A DNA stretch of 64,000 nucleotides from an uncultured Heliomicrobium sp. GTDB taxonomy: Bacteria > Acidobacteriota > Blastocatellia > RBC074. The stretch spans positions 1,151 through 65,150 of the forward strand of contig CAYRQB010000001.1 of the NCBI GenBank assembly GCA_964426025.1, read 5' to 3'. Made by a program: the position numbers and the translations under genes. This document shows, piece by piece, positions 28,440 through 39,222 of the stretch. The notes beneath the pieces were generated by a model. That model worked only from the letters and a program-made list of their open reading frames with translations. It was not told the DNA's origin and did not search any database. The stretch's first letter is position 1. Each line of letters begins with the position of its first letter.

Positions 28440-29440
28440 TGACAGAGCAAACAAAGACCAACGCAGACGACAACGCGCCGGAGCTTTCCGTCGTGGTTGC
28501 CATCATCGCAGGCGGTTCAGCGCCGATGCGCAATTGCCTGACCGCGCTTGAAGCCAGCGCGATGGAACACGGCGTCGAGTGTCTGGTTCCATACGACGAC
28601 CGGTTGGACGGCGTGGCGGAACTTTCGGCGCAATTTCGCTGGGTCAGATTCATTGACGCCCGCGACAAAGTTGACGCTGCGCTGTTCGGCGATTTCAGCC
28701 GCGAACATCACGACATTCTGCGCGCCATCGGCATCAATCAAGCGCGCGGCAGAATCGTAGCCTTGCTGGAAGATCACGCCGCTCCGCCGCCCGGATGGTG
28801 CGGCGCAATGCTGGCGGCTCATCGCGGATCGGAAGCGGCCATCGGCGGCGCGGTCGAAAACGGAGTTGACCGATTGCTCAATTGGGCTGTCTACCTTTGC
28901 GATTTTGGCCGGTACATGAATCCTGTGCCGACAGGCCCGGCTGAATTTCTTAGCGACAGCAACATCTCTTACAAACGACAAGCGCTGGAACAAGTCAAAG
29001 ATCAATGGCAAAACGCCTTTCACGAAACCGCAGTCAATTGGGAATTGCGCCGATTGGGCGAACAGTTGCGGCTCGATCCTGAGATGGTCGTTTATCAGGC
29101 TCGTCACGGTTTGCGGCTGATTCCGGCTTTGCGCGAACGATTTGTCTGGGGACGTTCGTTTGCCGGAACGCGAGCGAAAGATATGAGCCTGGTTCAGCGC
29201 GCGGTTTTCTCCGGCATATCGTTTCTGTTGCCGTTTGTTCTGACGCTGAGAATAGTGCGGTTGGCATTGGCCAAAGGCCGTCACCTGAATCGCATTGTGC
29301 CAGCGTTGCCGCTGGTTTTCGTGTTGCAGATTTTCTGGTCGCTGGGCGAATTGGCCGGTTATGTCACCGGTCGAACCGGCGGCCCTGAAGGCATATCGAG
29401 CGAGAAGGATTCGTATCTTGAGTCAACGTCGCGAACTTAA
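28439..29440 (+). CDS. GT2-like protein, tandem paralog 2 (EDH)
   Basis: The ATG overlaps the upstream TAA (TAATG); the track ORF starts at 28388. Motifs are LSVVVAIIAGG, RIVALLEDHAAPPPGW, NWAVYLCDFGRYMNPV and EMVVYQ. Confidence 0.7.
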   Translation: MTEQTKTNADDNAPELSVVVAIIAGGSAPMRNCLTALEASAMEHGVECLVPYDDRLDGVAELSAQFRWVRFIDARDKVDAALFGDFSREHHDILRAIGINQARGRIVALLEDHAAPPPGWCGAMLAAHRGSEAAIGGAVENGVDRLLNWAVYLCDFGRYMNPVPTGPAEFLSDSNISYKRQALEQVKDQWQNAFHETAVNWELRRLGEQLRLDPEMVVYQARHGLRLIPALRERFVWGRSFAGTRAKDMSLVQRAVFSGISFLLPFVLTLRIVRLALAKGRHLNRIVPALPLVFVLQIFWSLGELAGYVTGRTGGPEGISSEKDSYLESTSRT

Positions 29441-29467
29441 ACAGTAGCAATCGCTTTCAAACCGATC

Positions 29468-30463
29468 TTGAATCACCAGGCAAAAAACGACATCGCGATT
29501 TCCATTTTGATCACAGTGATCAGCGGCAAAGAAACCATGCGCCGATGCCTGAAAGCCTTGCAGCCGCAGGTTCAATCGCTGGTTGCTGAGATCATCGTTC
29601 CGTACGACGAATGGTCAAACGAGATTGGCGATTTGAAAACCGAATTTCCGGCAGTGAATTTTCCCTTTGTCGCCGATTTGGGAATCGCCGCCGATCCGAA
29701 CGTCCCCGCGCATCAACACAGACTTTGCGACCGTCGCCGTGCGATCGGTTTGCAGATGGCGCGCGGACGGGTCATTGCCATGACCGAAGATCAGGTTATT
29801 CCGGCAACGGATTGGGTCGAACAGATTCTGGCGGCTCACGACCGATTGCCCGACGCGGTGATTGGCGGTTCGATTGACAACGTGGTTGATCATCCGTTGC
29901 ATTGGGCCGCGTATTACTGCGATCACGGGCGATACGGCAGTCCGTTGGCGGCAACCGAAGCCGAATACGTTTCCGACCTCAACATCTCCTACAAACGCGA
30001 AGCGATGGAAATCACCCGCGATGTCTGGGGCGAAGCTTACAGCGAAACGAAAGTGCATTGGGCTTTGCGAGAGCGCGGCATGAAATTGCGGCTTGATCCG
30101 ACGCTGAAAGTTTACAAACACCGACCGGAGTTTGATTACTGGCACGCCGTCCGCGAGCGCGCCGAATGGGGCAGAGTTTTTGCCGAAACCAGAACGGTCA
30201 GCGCGGGATTGAAACAGAGGATTTTATTCGCCGCGATGACGCCGCTTTTGCCCGCATTGCTGCTGATGCGCAATTGCAAACACATGCTCAGGCAGAATCG
30301 AACGGCAGTGCAGATGATTTTGGCTCTGCCATTGATCGCGGGGTTTTTGATCGCCTGGTCGTGGGGCGAACTGCTTGGCTACGTTTTCGGCGAACCGCAT
30401 GCCGGTGAGCCAAAAGCTGTGACAAGCGAACTGGCGAATTCAAGAATCTCGAATACCGATTGA
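29468..30463 (+). CDS. GT2-like protein, tandem paralog 3 (EDQ)
   Basis: Probable TTG start. Motifs are IAISILITVISG, RVIAMTEDQVIPATDW and HWAAYYCDHGRYGSPL. Confidence 0.65.
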   Translation: MNHQAKNDIAISILITVISGKETMRRCLKALQPQVQSLVAEIIVPYDEWSNEIGDLKTEFPAVNFPFVADLGIAADPNVPAHQHRLCDRRRAIGLQMARGRVIAMTEDQVIPATDWVEQILAAHDRLPDAVIGGSIDNVVDHPLHWAAYYCDHGRYGSPLAATEAEYVSDLNISYKREAMEITRDVWGEAYSETKVHWALRERGMKLRLDPTLKVYKHRPEFDYWHAVRERAEWGRVFAETRTVSAGLKQRILFAAMTPLLPALLLMRNCKHMLRQNRTAVQMILALPLIAGFLIAWSWGELLGYVFGEPHAGEPKAVTSELANSRISNTD

Positions 30464-31218
30464 AGATGTTTACGATTCTTACTTATCACTCGATTGACGA
30501 CAGCGGTTCGGTGGTTTCCGTCGCGCCGCAAACTTTCGCCGATCAGATGGCTTGTTTGTCGGAAATCGGTTATCGCGGAATTTCAATGCGCGAAGCCGTC
30601 GCTCATTTCAAATCGCAAGGCCGCTGGCCGGAAAAATGCGCCGCGCTGACTTTCGATGACGGCTTCGCCAACTTTTACGACGACGCGACACCTGTGCTGG
30701 CTCGGCACAATTTTTCGGCGACGGTGTTCGTCATCAGCGGTCATATGGATGGTCGCAACGATTGGGCCGAACCGCCCGCCGGTTTGGGTTGGCGCGACAT
30801 GCTGTCGTGGAAACAGGTGCGAGAGTTGTCGGCGTTGGGAATTGAGATTGGCGCGCACACTCGCACGCATCCCGATTTGCGCGCTTTGTCATCCAGCCAA
30901 CTCGAAGAAGAGATCGCCGGTTCATGCGTCGAAATCAGCGATTACACCGGCCAGCAGGTTGAAAGTTTCGCCTACCCATTCGGTTACCTGGACAATTCGG
31001 CGGAAGATGCAGTGGCGCGAGCGGTTCGTTCGGCCTGCACTACAGAATTGCGCAGAGCGAACGACGACCCGCTTCATTTGCTGCCTCGTGTTGATATGTA
31101 TTACCTGCAATCGCCGCGTCAGTTGCAATTGCTGGTCAAAGGAAAACTTGACGGTTATCTAACCATCAGGCGTTGGGGCCGAGCCGTCAAACAAACACTG
31201 ACCGAACGCAGACATTAA
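30460..31218 (+). CDS. Polysaccharide deacetylase (CE4, NodB-homology domain)
   Basis: ALTFDDGFANFYD carries the DD metal-binding motif. ATVFVISGH and IEIGAHTRTHPDL carry the His motifs. Confidence 0.85.
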   Translation: MKMFTILTYHSIDDSGSVVSVAPQTFADQMACLSEIGYRGISMREAVAHFKSQGRWPEKCAALTFDDGFANFYDDATPVLARHNFSATVFVISGHMDGRNDWAEPPAGLGWRDMLSWKQVRELSALGIEIGAHTRTHPDLRALSSSQLEEEIAGSCVEISDYTGQQVESFAYPFGYLDNSAEDAVARAVRSACTTELRRANDDPLHLLPRVDMYYLQSPRQLQLLVKGKLDGYLTIRRWGRAVKQTLTERRH

Positions 31219-31363
31219 GCCGGAAAGCGGACAATAGCCGGAACACGGAAATAGCCGGAACGCGGACGTTCCCGTCCGCAAACTGGTTGGCGGACTTCCA
31301 GTCCGCCCTTCACGCTGGAGTAGATTTCTCAATTACAACATACACGCGGACAGAATGTCCGCG
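31219..31363. promoter_or_regulatory. Three tandem 17-bp direct repeats followed by three GCGGAC..GTCCGC hairpins
   Basis: The direct repeats are gccggaaagcggacaat, agccggaacacggaaat and agccggaacgcggacgtt, spanning 31219..31270. The hairpins are GCGGACgttcccGTCCGC at 31262..31279, GGCGGACTtccAGTCCGCC at 31289..31307 and CGCGGACAgaaTGTCCGCG at 31345..31363. Confidence 0.6.
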
Positions 31364-31378
31364 TTCCAAGGAATGACC

Positions 31379-32533
31379 ATGCAGCTATTAAACCGAGTCG
31401 CAAAACACGCGCGTTTGAACTGGCAGAATCTGGCCATACCGGACGTGACCAGCCCGCCTTTCGTGATCCTGTTCATCAATTCGATCTGCAATATGAAATG
31501 CGAACATTGCTTTTACTGGTCGAGTCTGAACAAACGCGACGACCTGAGCTTTGAAGAAATCGTGGCTTTGTCCAAAGAACTGGGGCCGATTGAAAACCTG
31601 AATCTTTCAGGCGGCGAGCCTTTTTTGCGAAAAGAGTTCGGCGCGATCTGTCGCCAGTTCATTCAGCAAAACGGCGTCAAGGAAATTTACGTTCCCAGCA
31701 ACGGCTGGTACACGGACAAAACCATCGCGCAGATTCGTGAAACGCTGAAGGAAAAAAGCCTGAAGATTTTCGCTATCGAACTTTCGCTTGACGGCATGCA
31801 GGAATTCCATGACCGGTTCCGCGTCGCTCCTGGCGCTTTTGAACATGCGATGAAAACTTACGACGCATTGGTTGAATTGCAACGCGAAGATTCACGGTTG
31901 CAGATTCATTCAATTTCAACCGCAACTGCCGAAAACATGGACGAGATTCGGCGGCTGACGACTTACCTGTACGAGCGTTGTCCGCAAATGTCGCATCACA
32001 ATCTGGCGCTGATTCGCGGCGACCGCAAAAATCCTTCGTTGCAGGGACCGAAGCTGGCCGAATACCAGAGGCTTTACGAATACGTCAAACGTTTGTGGGC
32101 GCCGCGCGAAGAAAGCCGTTACGGCAGCATAGTCGAACCGATGCTGCAATGGGCGAAAGTCAAAACCGCCGAAGAGCAACGGCAAGTCATCCCTTGCCGC
32201 GCAGGAGTGTTGAGCGTGGTCATCAACGCCAACGGCGACGTTGGGCTTTGTGAACAGCACAAACCAATCGGCAATCTGCGGCAGAAATCATTCAACGAAA
32301 TCTGGCATTCTGAAGAAACGCGTCGGCTTAGAGCTTCGATCAGCGCGAAAGAATGTTATTGCACCAACGAAATTTTCCTGTGGCCGAGCATCACTTTCCA
32401 ACCGGTTCAATTGGCCAAAGCCATGATCGGCGCAAAGGTCTGGCGGAAGGCTGAGCCTTTGCCCGTTGGCGAACGCGCGGATTACAACGCGAGCGGAAAA
32501 ATGGAATTGCCGATTTTGCCGATGAAGCAGTGA
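31379..32533 (+). CDS. Radical SAM enzyme with a reduced SPASM/twitch-type C-terminal domain
   Basis: CNMKCEHC is a Cx3Cx2C motif. GGEP is present. The C-terminal Cys residues are CRAG, LCEQH and ECYC only. The start is taken at the ATG at 31379, which has an AAGGAA 6 nt upstream; the track start at 31355 lies inside a hairpin. Confidence 0.8.
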   Translation: MQLLNRVAKHARLNWQNLAIPDVTSPPFVILFINSICNMKCEHCFYWSSLNKRDDLSFEEIVALSKELGPIENLNLSGGEPFLRKEFGAICRQFIQQNGVKEIYVPSNGWYTDKTIAQIRETLKEKSLKIFAIELSLDGMQEFHDRFRVAPGAFEHAMKTYDALVELQREDSRLQIHSISTATAENMDEIRRLTTYLYERCPQMSHHNLALIRGDRKNPSLQGPKLAEYQRLYEYVKRLWAPREESRYGSIVEPMLQWAKVKTAEEQRQVIPCRAGVLSVVINANGDVGLCEQHKPIGNLRQKSFNEIWHSEETRRLRASISAKECYCTNEIFLWPSITFQPVQLAKAMIGAKVWRKAEPLPVGERADYNASGKMELPILPMKQ

Positions 32534-32541
32534 ATTTACCT

Positions 32542-32559
32542 GCGGACAAGGATGTCCGC
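32542..32559. promoter_or_regulatory. GCGGACAaggaTGTCCGC hairpin/palindrome 13 nt upstream of the Wzx start
   Basis: It shares the same half-sites, and a following (C/T)TCCAAG, with the hairpin at 31345..31363. Confidence 0.55.
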
Positions 32560-32571
32560 GCTCCAAGATAG

Positions 32572-33843
32572 ATGTTGTTCAAAAATTTCCTATCACTGGC
32601 CGGAGCCGAAATCGCCGCGAAGGCGTTGACCTTTGCGGCGTTCGCTTATCTGGCGCGAGTGGCCGGGCCGGACGGATTCGGTTACATCGAATTCGCGGCG
32701 GCTGTGGTGATGTGTGCCGGTCTGGTCGTCGAACAAGGCTTCAATCCATTCGGCGCGCGCGAAATCGCCAAATCGCCCGAACGGACGAACGCGCTGGTTT
32801 CGGAAATTTTTCTGGTTCGATTGGTTCTGGCAATCTGTTTGTATGTTGGCGTGGTCGTCTTCTCTCTGAGCTTCGATCGTTCGCCGCTGCTGACGCGCTT
32901 GTTGTTGGTTTACGGTTTGAGTCTGTTGGCGATGCCCTTGCTATTGCAATGGGTCTTTCAGGGTCACGACCGAATGCAAGTTGTCGCGGCGATTCAAATC
33001 ATACGGCAGATGGTTTTTGCGGCGATGGTCTTTGGATTCGTTCGCGAAGCTTCGCAAATCTGGATGGTCGGATTGGCGGAAACCGCCGGATTGATCGGCG
33101 CAGCGGCTTTCGGCGTCTGGATGTATCGTTGTCAATTGAACGGCAGAATTCATCTGCGGTTAAGCGTTTCATCCCGGTTGGTTCGCGAAGGCGCGACCAT
33201 CGGATTGAGCCAGATTTTCTGGGTCGTCAAAATGTCCGGCGCGACGTTGATTATGGGTTTGATGGCGACGGCTGAAGACGTAGGTTACTTCGGCGGAGCG
33301 ATGCGGATTCTGATGGCGCTTCACACCTTCGTCTGGCTTTACTTCTTCAATATGCTGCCGACGATGTCCAGGTCCTGGGCGGCTGCGGACGGTTCGTTTG
33401 CCGCACTGATAGCGCGTTCGATGCGATTGATTGTGGCGCTGTCGTTTGTCGGAGCGATCATCTGGGTGATGGCGTCTCCGTTGGTTGTCAGAATTGCTTA
33501 CGGCCAGGCTTTTGCTCCGGCGGGCGTGGCGTTGCAATGGTTCGCGGGCGTTTGCGCTGTGGCGGCCATCAGCGGTCATTACCGTTTCGGTTTGATCGCC
33601 GCCGGACATCAGACCGCAGAAATGCTGACGGCATTGATCGGCGCGATTGCCGCTGTGATTCTGGTTCCGGCTGGTTATTTCGCCTCTGGCGTTGGCGGAG
33701 CGGCGGCGGGATTGTTCATCGGCGAAGTTCTGATCTGGCTCAGCGCGTGGTGGTTCGGGCGAAGGAAATTGCACTTGGGTTCGCGCCGCTTCGACAGCGC
33801 GGCGGTCGGAAGCGCGGCTTATCAGGGTGAGGTCACACAGTGA
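32572..33843 (+). CDS. wzx: Wzx-type oligosaccharide flippase (polysaccharide biosynthesis protein, MOP superfamily)
   Basis: 423 aa with about 12 TM segments. Composition and length are typical of the PST-family Wzx. Confidence 0.75.
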   Translation: MLFKNFLSLAGAEIAAKALTFAAFAYLARVAGPDGFGYIEFAAAVVMCAGLVVEQGFNPFGAREIAKSPERTNALVSEIFLVRLVLAICLYVGVVVFSLSFDRSPLLTRLLLVYGLSLLAMPLLLQWVFQGHDRMQVVAAIQIIRQMVFAAMVFGFVREASQIWMVGLAETAGLIGAAAFGVWMYRCQLNGRIHLRLSVSSRLVREGATIGLSQIFWVVKMSGATLIMGLMATAEDVGYFGGAMRILMALHTFVWLYFFNMLPTMSRSWAAADGSFAALIARSMRLIVALSFVGAIIWVMASPLVVRIAYGQAFAPAGVALQWFAGVCAVAAISGHYRFGLIAAGHQTAEMLTALIGAIAAVILVPAGYFASGVGGAAAGLFIGEVLIWLSAWWFGRRKLHLGSRRFDSAAVGSAAYQGEVTQ

Positions 33844-35435
33844 TTGCAAATCGAGTAGCGGATTGGGAAACGAGTTCGGCATCGTCTGAATCGGAAGCCT
33901 TGTCGCGATTCGAACCTGAACCGTGGCGGTTTACGACGCGCGGGCTGGCCTGGAGATTGTTTCTGACTTGCTGGTTGGTTTACGCGATGCATTTCGCCAC
34001 CAACGTCGTGCGTGAAATTTATCCGGCGCTTTCCATCGGCGATCACTTTTCGTTTCGGGTTGACGAGTACGCCAACCTGCATCCTGATTTGTTTGAAAAG
34101 CCCGGTTACGGTTGGCACATCAACAACAACCCCGGAGCTTCGATGATCGCGGCGATTCCTTACGCCGTTGCGCGTCCGGTCATTGACCGCGTGGTCGAAC
34201 GCGTTCGTCAACAACGCGCGGCCAGCGGATTGACCGAACCGCCCGCTTACAATTCGCCGTGGCCATTGGCGCGAGAATTTTTCAAAGAATCCTGGAAGCG
34301 CGGTTACGACATCAAATTCGGTTTGGCTGCCTTGGTGACTCAGGCTTTGTGCATGGCTCCGATTTCCGCGCTCGGCGTGGTGGTCATGTTTTATGTGCTG
34401 AGACAGGTTTTCGCTTCGGACAAATGGGCGTTGTTGCTGTCGCTGCTTTACGGATTCGGCACGCCGGTTTTTTTCCGCACGGGTTTCCTGAACCAGAATA
34501 TGTTGATGGCGAATGCCGCTTTTCTGGCTTTGGTGGTGATGTGGAACCCGAGCGGCAGTCGGCGATTGACGACGCGAACCAGATACTTTCTGGGCGGCAT
34601 CGGAGGCGGAACTGCCTTGCTCATGGATTACAGCGGAATGGTGATGTTGCTCGGTTTGTTCGCTTACGGATTGATCAAACGTTGGCGCGAAGCTTCGATT
34701 GCCGATTCCGTACGTCACGGCGCGATGTATGTGCTGGGAACTCTGCCGCCGGTCGGTCTGCTGTGGTTTTATCAATGGCGAAGTTTCGGCCATCCGTTTC
34801 TTCCGGCTCAGCATTGGATGCCGAAAGTCGCTTATATCGAACAGGGTTATCAGGGATTCAGTTTGCCGCAACCGGATTTGCTGTTGGCTTTGCTGGCGGA
34901 TTACCGATACGGATTGTTCACCAGTTGTCCGCTGTTTCTGCTGGCGTTCGCAGCCTGGTGGGTGAACCGGCGTCACAGGCAATTGGAAAGCTGGGAATTG
35001 TTTTCGCTGGCGGCGATCAGCGCGGCGCTGTGGATTTTCTTCAGTTGCGTTGGTTATTCGCGGCTGCAATTCAACAGCGGCATTCGATATTTCGCTCCGG
35101 CCTTTCCGCTGCTGTTCATTCTGTCGGCGATTGTGTTGATGCGGTTGCCGAAGATGCCGGCTTACTTCATTGCCGTTGCCGCGCTGACTGAATCGTGGTG
35201 TCTGGCCATGTACAGAGATGTCGAACGCGGACTTGGCGTGATTGATCCGCTGGTCAACGTTTTCATAGGCGGATTCAAATTGCCCGCTTTGACCACGCTG
35301 CAAAATATGGGCGGACAGTACGGCGGATTTTCCGCTCAGGGAGTTTCACCTTTGCCGCTGTTCGTTTTGATGGCGGCGATTCTTTATGGAATTTGGTTCA
35401 GTACCGGGAGCGGTAGCGACCGGGTGAAGTCGTAA
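33840..35435 (+). CDS. Polytopic membrane protein, putative GT-C-like glycosyltransferase or polymerase
   Basis: 531 aa and multi-TM. The first loop contains RVDEYANLHPD, a DE motif. It is coupled to wzx by a 4-nt overlap. Confidence 0.5.
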   Translation: MIANRVADWETSSASSESEALSRFEPEPWRFTTRGLAWRLFLTCWLVYAMHFATNVVREIYPALSIGDHFSFRVDEYANLHPDLFEKPGYGWHINNNPGASMIAAIPYAVARPVIDRVVERVRQQRAASGLTEPPAYNSPWPLAREFFKESWKRGYDIKFGLAALVTQALCMAPISALGVVVMFYVLRQVFASDKWALLLSLLYGFGTPVFFRTGFLNQNMLMANAAFLALVVMWNPSGSRRLTTRTRYFLGGIGGGTALLMDYSGMVMLLGLFAYGLIKRWREASIADSVRHGAMYVLGTLPPVGLLWFYQWRSFGHPFLPAQHWMPKVAYIEQGYQGFSLPQPDLLLALLADYRYGLFTSCPLFLLAFAAWWVNRRHRQLESWELFSLAAISAALWIFFSCVGYSRLQFNSGIRYFAPAFPLLFILSAIVLMRLPKMPAYFIAVAALTESWCLAMYRDVERGLGVIDPLVNVFIGGFKLPALTTLQNMGGQYGGFSAQGVSPLPLFVLMAAILYGIWFSTGSGSDRVKS

Positions 35436-35451
35436 AAGTTCCCGGTAATGC

Positions 35452-36416
35452 ATGGTAAACATGGCGCAACCAGTAACAACAATTTCTGAACAAGCTGAAA
35501 CGATAGCGCAACGAGGCAGATTGCGCGCGTTGCTGATTTCCATGCGTCCGCATCAATGGACGAAGAATCTGTTCGTTCTGGCTCCGCTGCTGTTCGGTCA
35601 AAAGCTAGGGGATTTGAATGCGGTAGGATTGGCGTTGATGGCTTTCGCAGCTTTTTGTCTGATCTCCAGTTCGCTTTACATCATCAACGATGTTGCAGAC
35701 GCCGAAGCCGACCGAGCGCATCCTGAAAAACGTCTTCGCCCGATTGCTTCCGGCGAGCTTACGGTTTCGTTGTCGTTGCTGTCTGTCATTGTTTTGCTGG
35801 CGATTGCGTTTGGAATCGCGGCTTCCATTGGCTGGCGGTTTATGGCGTTGGCCGGAGCTTATGGAGTTCTGACTCTGGGTTATTCGCTGGCTGTCAAACA
35901 CGTAGTGATTCTGGATTGCATGACCATCGCCACGGGTTTTGTTTTGCGCGTGGTTGGCGGAGCGGTCGCAGTCAGCGTTACGCCGACGCATTGGTTGATC
36001 GCCTGCGCTTTTCTGCTGGCGCTGTATCTGGCCTTTGCCAAAAGGCGGCAGGAGATTCTGTTGCTGGCCGAATCGGCGCGCGAACATCGTCAGGTGCTCG
36101 GCGAATACACGGTCAGTTTTCTCGATCAGGTCAACAACATTCTGGTTGGCGCGACGATAGTTTGTTACACGCTTTACACAGTAGCGCCTGAAACCGTCGC
36201 GCGTTTCGGCACTGACAAACTGATTTACGGAACCATCTTCGTCGTTTACGGAATGTTGCGATACATGATCCTGACTCAGAATTCGGCCAATGGCGGCAAT
36301 CCCAGCAAGGCGTTGATCAGCGACAAACCGTTGTTGTTGGCGATCATCGGCTGGGCGATTTACAACGCTTTGATTATTTATCGCGGCGTAATGGTTTCGT
36401 TGTGGGGGCAGGTGCA

Positions 36417-36420
<4 letters not shown>
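35452..36420 (+). CDS. UbiA-family prenyl-phosphate phosphoribosyltransferase-like (DPPR-synthase-like)
   Basis: IINDVADAEADRAHPEKRLRPIASG is the NDxxDxxxD Mg-binding motif. Multi-TM. Similarity is to decaprenyl-phosphate phosphoribosyltransferase. Confidence 0.8.
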
Positions 36421-38164
<1,744 letters not shown>

Positions 38165-38168
<4 letters not shown>

Positions 38169-39160
38169 ATGAAGACAAATTGCGGGTTTCGGTTGTCATA
38201 CCCGCTTACAACGAAGAGGCCGCGGTTGGAGCCGAGGTGAAAAACATCCGCCGGGTTTTGCAACAGCACGGCATCGCGCACGAAATCATAATCGTTGACG
38301 ACGGATCGCAGGATCGCACGGCTGACGAAGCTTTGAAGGCCGAAGCCAGGGTGCTGCGGCATTTGAAAAATCGCGGTTACGGCGCATCGCTCAAAACCGG
38401 AATCGTCGCCGCCAAATACGACATCATTGCCATCACAGACGCCGACGGAACTTATCCGGCTGATCAAATTCCTGAGTTGCTGGAAAAATTGAGGACGGCG
38501 GATATGGCTGTCGGCGCGCGCATCGGATCGAACGTCAACATTCCGCTGATTCGCAAACCCGGCAAATTGATTCTTGGATGGTTGGCCGAACGCATCGCCG
38601 GTCGGAAGATTCCCGATTTGAATTCGGGGCTGCGAGTTTTTCGCCGCGAAGTGGCGACTCAGTACTTTCCGGTTCTGTCGAACAAGTTTTCTTTCACGAC
38701 GACCATCACGTTGGCGCTGTTGGCCGACGATTATACGGTCATCTATCACCCGATTGATTATTACGCGCGGATCGGACGGTCGAAGATCGTCCCGCGTCAT
38801 TTTATGGATTTCATCATGCTGGTCTTGCGCCTGGCCATGCTGTTTCAACCATTGAAGGTGTTTATTCCGGCATCGCTGTTGTTTGGTTTTCTGGGCTTTG
38901 CCAAAGTGGTTTTCGACATTGTTACTTCATCATTGCGCCATCCGACAAACGATTGGTCGGTGCTTTACACGCCGGTGCTTTCAACTTCGGCGATTCTGCT
39001 GTTGCTGACCGGATTGCAATTCCTGTTGATCGGAATGGTGGCTGATGGGGTCGTTCGCCGCATTGCCCTGAACGCGGGACCGATGGCAGTTTCACGAGCC
39101 GTCGTCGCAGCGGAAATGAATCAAGACCAACAACGGGAGATGACTCATATTGCAGAGTGA
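38165..39160 (+). CDS. GT2 polyprenyl-phosphate glycosyltransferase (GtrB/ArnC/DPM1-like)
   Basis: Motifs are VSVVIPAYNEE, EIIIVDDGSQDRT and AITDADGTYPA. Two C-terminal TM helices are present, as in GtrB. Confidence 0.85.
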
Positions 39161-39222
39161 TCTGAATCCGGTTTTCGATCAATGAGCTTCAACTTTCCAG
39201 AGGATCGTTTAACTTAAAAATT

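Noticed and set aside
31173-31376. 67-aa ORF spanning the deacetylase/radical SAM junction, considered as a RiPP precursor peptide for the radical SAM enzyme
   Set aside because: It starts inside the deacetylase coding region in another frame and runs through the direct-repeat and hairpin region. It has no leader/core organisation or Cys/Ser/Thr-rich core. The radical SAM enzyme more likely acts on a sugar.
31379-32533. Confident call of the radical SAM protein as anaerobic sulfatase-maturating enzyme
   Set aside because: The N-terminal CNxKCxxCFY resembles anSME, but the C-terminal domain has only four Cys, whereas anSME needs two auxiliary clusters. It is kept as a low-probability alternative.
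33822-35303. 493-aa minus-strand ORF opposite the 33840..35435 membrane protein
   Set aside because: It reads as an R/Q/H-rich nonsense translation. The + strand product has regular TM helices and a DE loop motif.
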